Shown piece by piece: positions 37,394-46,575 of a stretch of 64,000 nucleotides of DNA. The stretch comes from an uncultured Candidatus Saccharibacteria bacterium. Its GTDB lineage: Bacteria; Patescibacteriota; Saccharimonadia; Saccharimonadales; UBA10212. A model generated the notes under the pieces. That model worked only from the letters and a program-made list of their open reading frames with translations, was not told the DNA's origin and ran no database searches. The stretch lies in assembly GCA_964483315.1 (NCBI GenBank), contig CAZAAL010000001.1:274733-338732 (forward strand), in the 5' to 3' direction. Numbering within the stretch: the first letter of the stretch is position 1; every line of letters starts with the position of its first letter. The translations under genes were made by a program, and so were the position numbers.

Positions 37394-39334
37394 ATGACGG
37401 CACAGGAAATCCGTAAAAAGTATTTTGATTTTATGGTCAAAAATGGCCATGTGCTTATTCCGCGCGCCCAGTTGATCCCTCAAAATGACTCAACGACTCT
37501 TTTTACTGGTAGCGGGATGCAACCACTAATCCCCTATCTTTTAGGCGAAGAACACCCAGAGGGCAAAAGACTGGTAGATAGCCAAACCTGTTTTAGGGCT
37601 GAGGATATGGACGAGGTTGGCGACAACCGCCACACGACTTTTTTTGAGATGCTTGGCAACTGGAGCCTTGGCGATTATTACAAATCAGAGCAGTTAACTT
37701 GGTTTTATAAGTTTTTAACTGAAGAGGTTGGCATAGATCCAACTAAATTATATGTAACCTGTTTTATTGGCGATGAAAAAACCAAGATAGAAAAAGATAC
37801 CGATAGTGCTGAAATCTGGAAAAAGCTTTTTGGCCAAAACGGTGTGCCGGCTGATGATGTTGAGGTTGGGAGCGAGGCAGATGGCTATGCGAATAACCAC
37901 CTAGTTGGCGCAAACAGAATCTTTTATTATGATGCATCGAAAAACTGGTGGAGCCGTAATGGCGTGCCAGCAAATATGCCCGAGGGCGAGCCCGGCGGGC
38001 CAGACAGCGAGGTGTTTTATGATTTTGGAACACCACACGATAAAACTTTTGGCGAATATTGTCACCCAAATTGTGATTGTGGGCGTTTTTTAGAAATTGG
38101 TAACTCGGTCTTTATGGCCTACAAAAAAACCAAAGATGGCTTTGAGCCTTTACCAGCTCCAAATGTTGACTTTGGCGGTGGGCTAGAAAGAATATCAGCT
38201 GCTAAAAATGGTGACCCGGATGTCTTTAAGATTAGTTTACTGCGGCCGATAATCGAGGGCCTAGAACAGCTAAGTGGTAAAAAATATCAAGATCACAAAG
38301 AAAGTATGCGAGTAATTGCCGATCATTTAAGGGCAAGTATGTTTTTGATTGTTGATGGTGCCGAGCCAAGTAACAAAGAGCAGGGTTATGTGGTACGTCG
38401 ATTAATGCGCCGAGCCATAAGGTTCGCATTTGATTTAGGTATCGAAAATGATTTATGTGAGCAAATCGCTCCAACAATTGCTGAGCTTTATAAAAGCGAT
38501 TTTCCTGAACTGCTACAAAACGAGCGAAAAGTAATAGATACCATGGTAAAAGAAGAAAAACTTTTCCACCAAACACTTAGGAATGGTCTAAGGCATTTTG
38601 ATAAAGCCTTTGATTTATCGAACGCCTCATCAACGTCCTCGCCTGCTAGTGAGCAGTCTGCGGATGTTTCTTCGCATTCGATAAATCACGGCAAAATTTT
38701 ATTTGATCTTTATGATACTTATGGTTTCCCTCCTGAGTTATCTTTAGAAGAAGCAAAGAGGCGAAAAATCAAACTGGATGAAAAATGGGAAAAAGATTAT
38801 CAAAATTTACTTGAGGAGCAAAGGGAACGTAGCCGTACGGCTAGCCAGGGTATGTTTAAAGGCGGTTTAGCTGATCACTCCGAGCAAGTCGTTAAGTATC
38901 ACACAGCTACGCATCTTATGTATCAAGCTCTAAAGAACGTACTTGGTGATCATGTTGTACAACGTGGCAGTAATATTACAGCCGAACGTATTAGGTTTGA
39001 CTTTTCAAATCCTGAAAAAGTATCACGTGAACAGCTCGACGAGGTAGAGTCAATAGTAAACCAAAAAATTGCTGAAGATTTGCCGGTGTCGTGGGAAGAG
39101 CAAGATACCGAGACGGCGTTAAAGACAGCTAGTGGTGCATTTGGTGATAAATATCCAGATAGAGTAAAAGTTTATACGATTGGCGACAAATCAGCGCCAT
39201 TTAGCAGAGAGATTTGTGGTGGTCCGCACGTAGAACATACCGGAAAAATTGGCGAAGGTGGCAAATTCTTTAAAATCACTAAAGAAGAAGCTTCATCAGC
39301 TGGCGTTAGGCGCATAAAAGCCGTTTTACAGTAG
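37394..39334 (+). CDS. alaS: alanine--tRNA ligase (646 aa; catalytic and editing domains, no C-Ala domain)
   Basis: RHTTFFEMLGNWSLGDYYK, GGGLERI, editing HTATHLMYQAL and CGGPHV. Ends at ..SSAGVRRIKAVLQ. Leaderless (TGtTATAAT ends 8 nt before the ATG). Confidence 0.92.
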   Translation: MTAQEIRKKYFDFMVKNGHVLIPRAQLIPQNDSTTLFTGSGMQPLIPYLLGEEHPEGKRLVDSQTCFRAEDMDEVGDNRHTTFFEMLGNWSLGDYYKSEQLTWFYKFLTEEVGIDPTKLYVTCFIGDEKTKIEKDTDSAEIWKKLFGQNGVPADDVEVGSEADGYANNHLVGANRIFYYDASKNWWSRNGVPANMPEGEPGGPDSEVFYDFGTPHDKTFGEYCHPNCDCGRFLEIGNSVFMAYKKTKDGFEPLPAPNVDFGGGLERISAAKNGDPDVFKISLLRPIIEGLEQLSGKKYQDHKESMRVIADHLRASMFLIVDGAEPSNKEQGYVVRRLMRRAIRFAFDLGIENDLCEQIAPTIAELYKSDFPELLQNERKVIDTMVKEEKLFHQTLRNGLRHFDKAFDLSNASSTSSPASEQSADVSSHSINHGKILFDLYDTYGFPPELSLEEAKRRKIKLDEKWEKDYQNLLEEQRERSRTASQGMFKGGLADHSEQVVKYHTATHLMYQALKNVLGDHVVQRGSNITAERIRFDFSNPEKVSREQLDEVESIVNQKIAEDLPVSWEEQDTETALKTASGAFGDKYPDRVKVYTIGDKSAPFSREICGGPHVEHTGKIGEGGKFFKITKEEASSAGVRRIKAVLQ

Positions 39335-39371
39335 TGAAACCCTTATGTTTGTGGTATAATCTAACGCGACT

Positions 39372-40673
39372 ATGCTTTCAAAAATAAGCGAAAAGGCAAA
39401 GCAATTGCCGAGCCTAATCAGTAGTGAAAAAACAGAGGGCGCCGAACAATATTTGGTTGGCCTTGATATTGGAACAGAATATGTAAAAGCCTTAGTTGCC
39501 AGAGTAGTTGGCGACAGTGCTGAAATAATAGGGGTTGGTAGAGCGCATCAAGAGCTAAGCGATATGCAAGCTGGCGCAATTGCCGACATTGCTGGAGTTG
39601 TTCAAAATTGCGATAGAGCTTTAAGCGAGGCAGAACAGCAGGCTGGTGTTAGTGTAAGAACTGCAATTATTGGAATTGCTGGTGAGCTAGTAAAGGGCAC
39701 AACAACTACAACTAAAGTCACCCGAAAAGATGCATCTAAGGAATTAGACATTGATGAGATGCAAAGAATAATCACTTTGGTTCAACAAAGAGCAGAAGAA
39801 AAAGCACGAACAAGCTTAGCATGGGAGCTGGGTGGTAAAGAGGTAGATGTACGATTAGTTAACAGCGCGTTGGTTAGGATTGACATTGATGGATATAAAG
39901 TTAATAACCCAGTTGGGTTTCAAGGTAAGGAGTTGCTAGTAGAGCTCTATACTGCCTTTGCACCCATGATACATATCGGTGCTCTTGAGCGCACAGCGAA
40001 CGAACTTGACCTAGAGCTGTTGGCAGTTGCAGCTGAACCATTTGCCGTGGCAAGGTCAGTAGTTGGTAATGATCAAAATTCTACGATGAGCGCAATTTTA
40101 ATGGATGTAGGCGGTGGTACAACCGATATCGCTGTTTTAAACGAAGGTGGTGTTGAAGGCACAAAAATGTTTGGTATCGGTGGTAGAGCTTTTACAAAAA
40201 GCATCGAACGCGAACTTGATATTGAGTTTGATCAAGCTGAGGCTTTAAAGCTTAACCTTAAAACTGATAAAGTGCCAAAAACCCAAGTTCCAAAGATTGA
40301 AGGAGCACTAGCTAAAACCCTAAAGGTTTGGACGCATGGTGTGGAGTTAGCACTTAGTGAATTTGAAAAACTTGACCATTTGCCAAACAGAATTTTACTT
40401 TGTGGCGGTGGCTCGAGCCTCGATTTATTGCTAAAAAACCTTGAAGAATCCGATTGGCATCGACAACTAGCCTTTACTCGGAAACCGGTTATCCAGCACA
40501 TTCAGCCAGATGAGATTGTTGGAATAACAGATACAACAGGCACGATATCAGATCATACATATACAACTGCTATGGGTCTAATACGGGTTGGGATTGATAC
40601 GATTGACCAACCAACTGAATCAGGCGAAAAGTCTAAAGTTAAAGAAAAGTTTAATAAGATATTAAGAACATGA
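39372..40673 (+). CDS. ftsA: cell division protein FtsA (actin-like ATPase)
   Basis: LVGLDIGTEYVKALV, GAIADIAG..., IGIAGELVKG and DVGGGTTDIAVL. Confidence 0.8.
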   Translation: MLSKISEKAKQLPSLISSEKTEGAEQYLVGLDIGTEYVKALVARVVGDSAEIIGVGRAHQELSDMQAGAIADIAGVVQNCDRALSEAEQQAGVSVRTAIIGIAGELVKGTTTTTKVTRKDASKELDIDEMQRIITLVQQRAEEKARTSLAWELGGKEVDVRLVNSALVRIDIDGYKVNNPVGFQGKELLVELYTAFAPMIHIGALERTANELDLELLAVAAEPFAVARSVVGNDQNSTMSAILMDVGGGTTDIAVLNEGGVEGTKMFGIGGRAFTKSIERELDIEFDQAEALKLNLKTDKVPKTQVPKIEGALAKTLKVWTHGVELALSEFEKLDHLPNRILLCGGGSSLDLLLKNLEESDWHRQLAFTRKPVIQHIQPDEIVGITDTTGTISDHTYTTAMGLIRVGIDTIDQPTESGEKSKVKEKFNKILRT

Positions 40674-42352
40674 GCCAACTAGCTAAAGATAAATCCCAAA
40701 AAGATACCATTTACATCGATGCCGAAGACGAGATAACTTCGATAATTGATAAGGTTGAAGCCTCACCAAAGCAAATCGTCGCATTAGTTTTGCCAAAGCG
40801 CACTACTGCCCTACAAAGCACAGTCAATATGCGTCTTTTAAAGCGTAGTGCAGATTCAGCCAAGAAAAAACTGGTTTTAATAACATCTGAACCTGGTCTA
40901 TTACCTTTGGCGGGCGCGGTCGGGCTTTACACAGCCAAGACTCTTCAGAGTAAGCCATCTATACCACCAGCTCCGGTAAGCAAAGAGTCTATTTCTGTAG
41001 TTAGCTCTGACGATGTTCCAACGGTCAACGAGCCGACTGAAGTTAATCCAACTAAAAGTGTTGGTGAGCTTAATGGAGAGGACCCCGATTCCATTGAAAT
41101 CGATAACAGTGACGGCAAGCCAGATAAAAAAACCAAAAAAACTACTGGAAAAAAGGATAAAAAGTTAAAAATTCCAGACTTTGACAGGTTCAGAGTATTA
41201 ATTTTGGCTGGTGTATTTGGCGCAATTGCTTTGGTCGTTTTACTGATGTATATGTTTATTTTTGCCCCAAAAGCAAAAGTTGTTATCAAAGCCGATAGCA
41301 CCCCTGTATCAGCAACCGTAACGGCTACTACATCAGACAAAGTTACTACCGTAGATGTTGAAAATTCGGTAGTACCTGCTGAGCTAAAAGAGCTCAAACA
41401 AAGTGCATCCGAAACCGTTCCTGCAACTGGGCAAAAAGATTTAGGTACCAAAGCCAGTGGAACAATGACTATATCAAACTGTACCGATGATCCAGTAACC
41501 ATTAGTGCTGGCACAGGGGTTAGTAAAAATGGCCTAACTTACATCACGCAAAAGGCAATTAGTCTTGATTCGGGTGACTTTACTAGCGGTGGAGTGTGTA
41601 AATCGAGTGGTGGTCATGTTGATGGTGTTAGCGTTGTGGCGCAATCCCCAGGAGAGCAATATAACGTATCCGCATCATCAGGATACGCCGTTGCCGGATT
41701 CGGTTCAAAGGTTACTGGTTCAGGCTCAGCAATGACAGGCGGTACAACTAAAATTGCTAAAGTAGTATCACAGCAAGATGTAGATAACGCTAAACAAAAA
41801 ATTGGCCCCAAACTAAGTGCCGAGTCTGAAAAGTTTCAAAAAGATCTTGAAGAGCAGGGCTATCTAATCTTAGACGAAACTGCTGTAACTAGTGAGCCAA
41901 AAGTTACGGCTAATCCGGCGGTCGATCAAGAGGCAAGCCAGACAACAGTTACACAAGAACAAACCTTTTCGGTCTTGGTAGTTAAAGAGGATGACATGGA
42001 AAAACTATTAGCAAAAGAGCTGGATAAGCAAATTGATACCAAAACCCAAAAAGTTGAAGGCGAAAATCTAGTTGATGGTGCAGTAATTAGAGTTACAAAT
42101 AAAAAATCACCTACAGAGGTCACCTTAACGGTTCAAAAAACTGGCAATGCTATTCCTATATTTGATGAAACAGCTCTTAAAGAAGAGTTTAAAGGTAAAA
42201 AACGAGGCGATATACAAAATAGTCTAAAAAATCGTCCGGGGGTAAAGGATGTCACAGTAACTTATAGTCCATTTTGGGTATCTACAACTCCTAAGGCTAC
42301 CAAAAAAATAACAATAGTAATTGAGCCAGTATCGAACGATGGCACAAATTAA
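40670..42352 (+). CDS. hypothetical bitopic membrane protein translationally coupled to ftsA
   Basis: ATGA overlap with the ftsA stop. ~190-aa cytoplasmic region, one TM helix (VLILAGVFGAIALVVLLMYMFIF), and a ~350-aa Thr/Ser/Val-rich external region (GTMTISNCTDDPVTISAGTGVSKNGLTYIT). Confidence 0.6.
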   Translation: MSQLAKDKSQKDTIYIDAEDEITSIIDKVEASPKQIVALVLPKRTTALQSTVNMRLLKRSADSAKKKLVLITSEPGLLPLAGAVGLYTAKTLQSKPSIPPAPVSKESISVVSSDDVPTVNEPTEVNPTKSVGELNGEDPDSIEIDNSDGKPDKKTKKTTGKKDKKLKIPDFDRFRVLILAGVFGAIALVVLLMYMFIFAPKAKVVIKADSTPVSATVTATTSDKVTTVDVENSVVPAELKELKQSASETVPATGQKDLGTKASGTMTISNCTDDPVTISAGTGVSKNGLTYITQKAISLDSGDFTSGGVCKSSGGHVDGVSVVAQSPGEQYNVSASSGYAVAGFGSKVTGSGSAMTGGTTKIAKVVSQQDVDNAKQKIGPKLSAESEKFQKDLEEQGYLILDETAVTSEPKVTANPAVDQEASQTTVTQEQTFSVLVVKEDDMEKLLAKELDKQIDTKTQKVEGENLVDGAVIRVTNKKSPTEVTLTVQKTGNAIPIFDETALKEEFKGKKRGDIQNSLKNRPGVKDVTVTYSPFWVSTTPKATKKITIVIEPVSNDGTN

Positions 42353-42758
42353 TCATGTATTAGGTATAGACGTCGGAACAAAAAAAATCGGCGTTGCGAG
42401 GGTAAACATGCTAGCAAGACTGCCTGAGCCGATTGATATCATTGAGGCAGATGGCGCCGAGGCGCTGATAAAGCAACTAGTTGCCGGGCATGACATTGAT
42501 GCTGTAGTCATTGGTCTGCCAAGGGGGCTTGATGGGCAAGAAACCGAACAAACATTAGCAGTTAGAGCATGGGCAAAATCACTCAGAAAGTCACTTGCGT
42601 TGCCGATGTTTTGGCAAGATGAAGCCTTAACAAGCGAACTAGCTAAGGAGTATATTCAAAAGCACAACATCACACCCCACCTAATTGATGCGGTGTCAGC
42701 CTGTATAATTCTTGAGGATTTTATGTACACACCAGAAGCGAGTCGAGTCACAGTATGA
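42339..42758 (+). CDS. ruvX: Holliday junction resolvase-like nuclease RuvX/YqgF
   Basis: VLGIDVGTKKIGVA at the N-terminus. The ATG at 42339 is preferred over the TTG at 42321. Confidence 0.85.
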   Translation: MAQINHVLGIDVGTKKIGVARVNMLARLPEPIDIIEADGAEALIKQLVAGHDIDAVVIGLPRGLDGQETEQTLAVRAWAKSLRKSLALPMFWQDEALTSELAKEYIQKHNITPHLIDAVSACIILEDFMYTPEASRVTV

Positions 42759-43804
42759 AATATCAAGTAAAAAGACCAAACCGAAAAAATTTTGTCAGAG
42801 GCCTTAGTATATTCTTGGTAGTAGCATTGTTAATTTTTGCTGGTAGTGCTATTTATCTACGCAATCAATATCAAAACAATCTAAAACCTGTATCAACTAG
42901 CCTAAAGACACAGTACTTTACGGTTGAGCAAGGTGAATCAGCGCAACAAATCGCGCAAAATCTAAAAGCCGAGGGTCTAATTAAAAATACAGGCGCCTTC
43001 GAATGGTATTTAAGAAGCAGTGATCTCCGCGATAAACTGCAAGCCGGAACATATGTACTCAGCCCTTCAATGTCTTCACAGCAGATAGTTGAAAAAATGG
43101 TTAAAGGCGATGTTGCAAAAAATCTTCTTACGATACTACCCGGTAAGCGTCTTGATGAAATCAAACAAGCATTTAAAAAATCCGGATACCAAGACCAAGA
43201 AATAGAACAAGCATTTGACCCCAAGCAATATAGTGGTCATCCGGCTCTGGTAAGCCTACCGGTCGGTGCGAGCCTCGAAGGCTATCTATACCCAGATTCT
43301 TTTGAAAAAACTGCCACTACACCGGCAAGCGTAATAGTAAAAGCCTCACTAGACGAAATGGCCGAAAAACTTACCCCTGATTTGCAGGCTGGTTTTGCTA
43401 GGCAAGGATTATCAGTTAGGCAGGCGTTGATACTGGCATCAATAACCCTACAAGAAAGCGGGAATGTTAACGATCAACCTGGGATTGCCCAAGTTTTTCT
43501 TAAAAGATTAAAGCTGGATATGATGCTTGGTTCGGATGTCACGGCCTTTTATGCATCAGCACTTGCTGGACAGGAACCAACTGTATTTATCGATTCACCT
43601 TATAACACCCGAATCTACAAAGGCTTACCGCCTGGTCCGATTGGCAATGTTACTCAATCAGCTTTGGAAGCCGTTGCCAGTCCGTCCAGCGGTGATTATC
43701 TATATTTTGTTGCTGGTGATGATGGTACGACACACTATGCTAAAACTTTTGAAGAACATGAACAAAATATCGAAAAATATTGTACAACTCTCTGCGGTAG
43801 GTAA
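42755..43804 (+). CDS. mltG: endolytic murein transglycosylase MltG (YceG-like)
   Basis: N-terminal TM helix. ..LILASITLQESG.. and SPYNTRIYKGLPPGPIGN. Confidence 0.88.
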   Translation: MKYQVKRPNRKNFVRGLSIFLVVALLIFAGSAIYLRNQYQNNLKPVSTSLKTQYFTVEQGESAQQIAQNLKAEGLIKNTGAFEWYLRSSDLRDKLQAGTYVLSPSMSSQQIVEKMVKGDVAKNLLTILPGKRLDEIKQAFKKSGYQDQEIEQAFDPKQYSGHPALVSLPVGASLEGYLYPDSFEKTATTPASVIVKASLDEMAEKLTPDLQAGFARQGLSVRQALILASITLQESGNVNDQPGIAQVFLKRLKLDMMLGSDVTAFYASALAGQEPTVFIDSPYNTRIYKGLPPGPIGNVTQSALEAVASPSSGDYLYFVAGDDGTTHYAKTFEEHEQNIEKYCTTLCGR

Positions 43805-43862
43805 CACCTTAAAAATAACTCCCTGGGGTTGTTTTTAGTACTGTTTTTTGCTACAATTTATC

Positions 43863-44030
43863 GGTAAAACAGTATCGACAATCTATTATCTGATGCGTAT
43901 CTGTTTTACCCGTTTATGGGGGATGTTAAAACAGAGGTAGGTCGAATCACCTCTATTTGTTAAATAAAACCATACAAACGGCTTAGCGCCGCAGTTTAAT
44001 CTGTTAGCGCGGGAGTAAATCATTAGTATC
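43863..44030 (+). promoter_or_regulatory. structured 5' leader with mutually exclusive helices (candidate riboswitch or attenuator) upstream of a LysM/CHAP hydrolase gene
   Basis: GGTAAAACAG (43863-72) pairs perfectly with CTGTTTTACC (43901-10). The latter can alternatively pair 9/10 with GTTAAAACAG (43925-34). Further helices are AGAGGT/ACCTCT (43933-54) and CCGTTTATG/CATACAAACGG (43910-18/43971-81). Confidence 0.4.
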
Positions 44031-44042
44031 AAACGGTACAAA

Positions 44043-45149
44043 TTGACTAAAAATCCCTTTACAGGAGTGACTTCTCGCACACCCAGTATAAAACTGAAGA
44101 AACGCTCAAAGCGACGCTTAGTGCGCACTGGGCTAATCTTCGGCAACATTGTGCTACTAATTTTAGTAGCTACTTTTATTTTGACCAATAAATCAGCCAG
44201 CCAAACAGTAAGACGTAACTCAGTTAGTACTGCTATCCAAACCGTGTCCCAAGCAACAGATAACCCTCTTGATCAGTTGAGTTCAGCCGAAATAGCTGCC
44301 CAAGTTGCAGTTATGGCTGCATTACCCGAGGGGACAGCCGTAAAAAACCAAGCCGACTCTGAAAATGCACAACTTAGCATTGTGCCAAGTGATAGCTCGA
44401 TTATTGCCAAACCGCAAATTGTATCGACGGCACAAAAAACTAAGAAGAGCATTGTTAGGTATACATCGGTCCAAGGCGATACGGTAACGGCTCTAGCTGC
44501 AAAATACGGAGTTAACGCCAACAGTATAAAGTGGTCAAATGGACTTACTGGCGATGGAATCCCTGCTGGCAAGCAGTTAGTTATTCCGCCTGCAAATGGT
44601 ATCGTTTATCAGGTTAAAACTGGCGATACGATTGATTCGGTAGTTGGACGTTATCAAGCCGATAAAACAACATTTATTGCGGTAAATGACGCCGAAAGTG
44701 GACGACTAGCAGTTGGGGATTATGTATTTATGCCAAATGTGCAGCAGCCAGCTCCAGTAACAAGGTATTCGGTAAGTCGTTATAGTGGTTTTGCATGGGG
44801 GGGTTCTGCCCCTGTTTACAGTGCCAATGGCTATGATTATGGCTATTGTACCTGGTATGCTGCAAACAAACGTGCAGCTATTGGCCGCCCAATCCCAAGT
44901 AACTTAGGTAACGCTAGTACTTGGAAGGTTCTTGCTCAACGAGCAGGCTTAGCTACTGGGCCGACCCCGAAGGTGGGAGCGGTTGCTTGGAAGGTTCCAA
45001 ATGATTATTACGGTCACGTTGCTTTTGTCGAATCCGTAAACGCCGATGGTAGTTTTGTAATATCAGAAATGAATGTTGCCGGATGGGCTAGGGTAAGCAG
45101 TCAAACAGTTTCGGCTGGTGCGGTAGGCAGTTACTATTTTATTTACTAG
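44043..45149 (+). CDS. peptidoglycan hydrolase with two LysM domains and a C-terminal CHAP domain
   Basis: LysM: YTSVQGDTVTALAAKYGVN..., YQVKTGDTIDSVVGRY... CHAP: GYCTWYAANK (Cys) and GHVAFVES (His). The TTG start is uncertain. Confidence 0.85.
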   Translation: MTKNPFTGVTSRTPSIKLKKRSKRRLVRTGLIFGNIVLLILVATFILTNKSASQTVRRNSVSTAIQTVSQATDNPLDQLSSAEIAAQVAVMAALPEGTAVKNQADSENAQLSIVPSDSSIIAKPQIVSTAQKTKKSIVRYTSVQGDTVTALAAKYGVNANSIKWSNGLTGDGIPAGKQLVIPPANGIVYQVKTGDTIDSVVGRYQADKTTFIAVNDAESGRLAVGDYVFMPNVQQPAPVTRYSVSRYSGFAWGGSAPVYSANGYDYGYCTWYAANKRAAIGRPIPSNLGNASTWKVLAQRAGLATGPTPKVGAVAWKVPNDYYGHVAFVESVNADGSFVISEMNVAGWARVSSQTVSAGAVGSYYFIY

Positions 45150-45197
45150 TTGCATAACTCTTTAGAAAATCGAACATCTAACCTATACTACTAACGT

Positions 45198-46475
45198 ATG
45201 TTTGTAGATAAAGTTGCAATAAGTGCAAAAGCTGGCAAAGGTGGCGACGGTATCGTCAGTTTTAGGCATGAAAAATTTGTTGATAAAGGTGGCCCTGATG
45301 GTGGTGATGGCGGTAAAGGCGGCGATGTAATCTTTTTAGCTACAAATGATCAAAACACACTAGCTCAATTTAGATTTAACAAGCTAGTGCAAGCTGAGCC
45401 CGGAACTAACGGCTCCAAACGCAATAAAAGGGGTAAATCGGGCAAAGATTTGATTGTAAAAGTACCCGTTGGCACCGTAGTTTTTAATGAACAAGGCGTT
45501 CAGGTGGCCGATCTTAACACCAACAACCAAGAGCAAGTAATTGCCAAAGGTGGTAAGGGCGGGTTTGGAAACGCGCATTTTGTGAGTTCTAGACGACAAG
45601 CCCCAAAAATTGCTGAACTGGGCGAAATTGGCGAGGAGTTTGATTTAACGCTTGAGCTAAAAATGATCGCAGATGTCGGAATAGTTGGACTGCCCAATGC
45701 TGGCAAGTCAACTCTTTTAAGCGTTGTATCGTCTGCCAAACCAGAGATTGCAAACTACCCATTTACAACACTAAAGCCTAACCTTGGTGTTGTTGATATT
45801 GATAAATCAACCAGTTTAGTTTTTGCCGATATACCTGGTTTAATCGAAGGAGCCAGTCAGGGCAAGGGCTTGGGCGATGATTTTTTGCGACACATCGAGC
45901 GCACAAATATTATTCTGCATCTGATCGATGCTTATAGCAACGATGTTGCAAAAGATTTTAAAACAATCAATTCTGAGCTAAAAGCCTACAAGGCAGATCT
46001 AAGCAAAAAACCACAAATAATTGCTCTAACAAAAATCGAAGGGCTTGACGAAGAAATCGTGAACTATCAAATTGATTTGCTAAAAAAATCAGTAAACAAA
46101 AATTCAAAAATAATAGCAATATCGGCGCAGGCTGGGATAGGTGTAAAAGAACTACTTTATTTAGTTAAATCAGAAGCAGACAAAGCGAATAAACAGCTCG
46201 CTAAAAAACATAAGGCCACCTCCAGACCGGTGATAACACATATATCGACCGAAGATGAATGGTATGTTCAAAAGCTGGATAAAGGATATCTTGTTACTGG
46301 CAACAAAATTGAACGATTCGCACAACGGGTTGACGCCAATTCAGACGAAGGTGCAAAGCGATTAAAGGATATAATGCGGAAAATGGGTATCGAAAAACAA
46401 CTTCGGTCTATGGGCGCCAATCCGGGCGACCATATAACAATTGGCCAACCACAAAAAGCTAAACTAAAAATATAA
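45198..46475 (+). CDS. obgE: GTPase ObgE/CgtA
   Basis: Gly-rich Obg fold (GKGGDGIVSFRHEKF..GGPDGGDGGKGGDV), G1 GLPNAGKST and a C-terminal OCT-like domain. Confidence 0.93.
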   Translation: MFVDKVAISAKAGKGGDGIVSFRHEKFVDKGGPDGGDGGKGGDVIFLATNDQNTLAQFRFNKLVQAEPGTNGSKRNKRGKSGKDLIVKVPVGTVVFNEQGVQVADLNTNNQEQVIAKGGKGGFGNAHFVSSRRQAPKIAELGEIGEEFDLTLELKMIADVGIVGLPNAGKSTLLSVVSSAKPEIANYPFTTLKPNLGVVDIDKSTSLVFADIPGLIEGASQGKGLGDDFLRHIERTNIILHLIDAYSNDVAKDFKTINSELKAYKADLSKKPQIIALTKIEGLDEEIVNYQIDLLKKSVNKNSKIIAISAQAGIGVKELLYLVKSEADKANKQLAKKHKATSRPVITHISTEDEWYVQKLDKGYLVTGNKIERFAQRVDANSDEGAKRLKDIMRKMGIEKQLRSMGANPGDHITIGQPQKAKLKI

Positions 46476-46477
46476 TA

Positions 46478-46509
46478 TACATAATTACTACATATGTTAT
46501 TTTTATGTA
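46478..46509. repeat. palindrome C (chimeric; inverted near-copy of B, 31/34 identical)
   Basis: TACATAATTACTACATATGTTATTTTTATGTA. It starts 3 nt after the obg stop. Its centre is 65 bp from the centre of D. Confidence 0.9.
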
Positions 46510-46541
46510 GATCAAAACAGAATCAATTAGCGTCTTTTAAT

Positions 46542-46575
46542 CTACATAATTTTAACATATGTTAAAATTATGTAG
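46542..46575. repeat. palindrome D (perfect; CTACATAATTTTAACATATGTTAAAATTATGTAG)
   Basis: It is its own reverse complement. It ends on the base before the ATG at 46576. Confidence 0.95.

Noticed and set aside
40945-41514. Long antisense ORFs inside genes. Examples are 40945-41514 (189 aa), 17367-17795 (142 aa), 42871-43224, 19956-20312, 38232-38576, 46542-46895 and 56479-56835.
   Set aside because: Each is fully embedded opposite a well-supported gene, has low-complexity or biased composition and no RBS. These are typical shadow ORFs.
43886-44188. The minus-strand 100-aa ORF over the hydrolase leader, and the minus-strand 104-aa ORF at 4096-4410.
   Set aside because: Both overlap promoter or leader regions and the 5' ends of well-supported plus-strand genes. 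Neither has a domain or an RBS.
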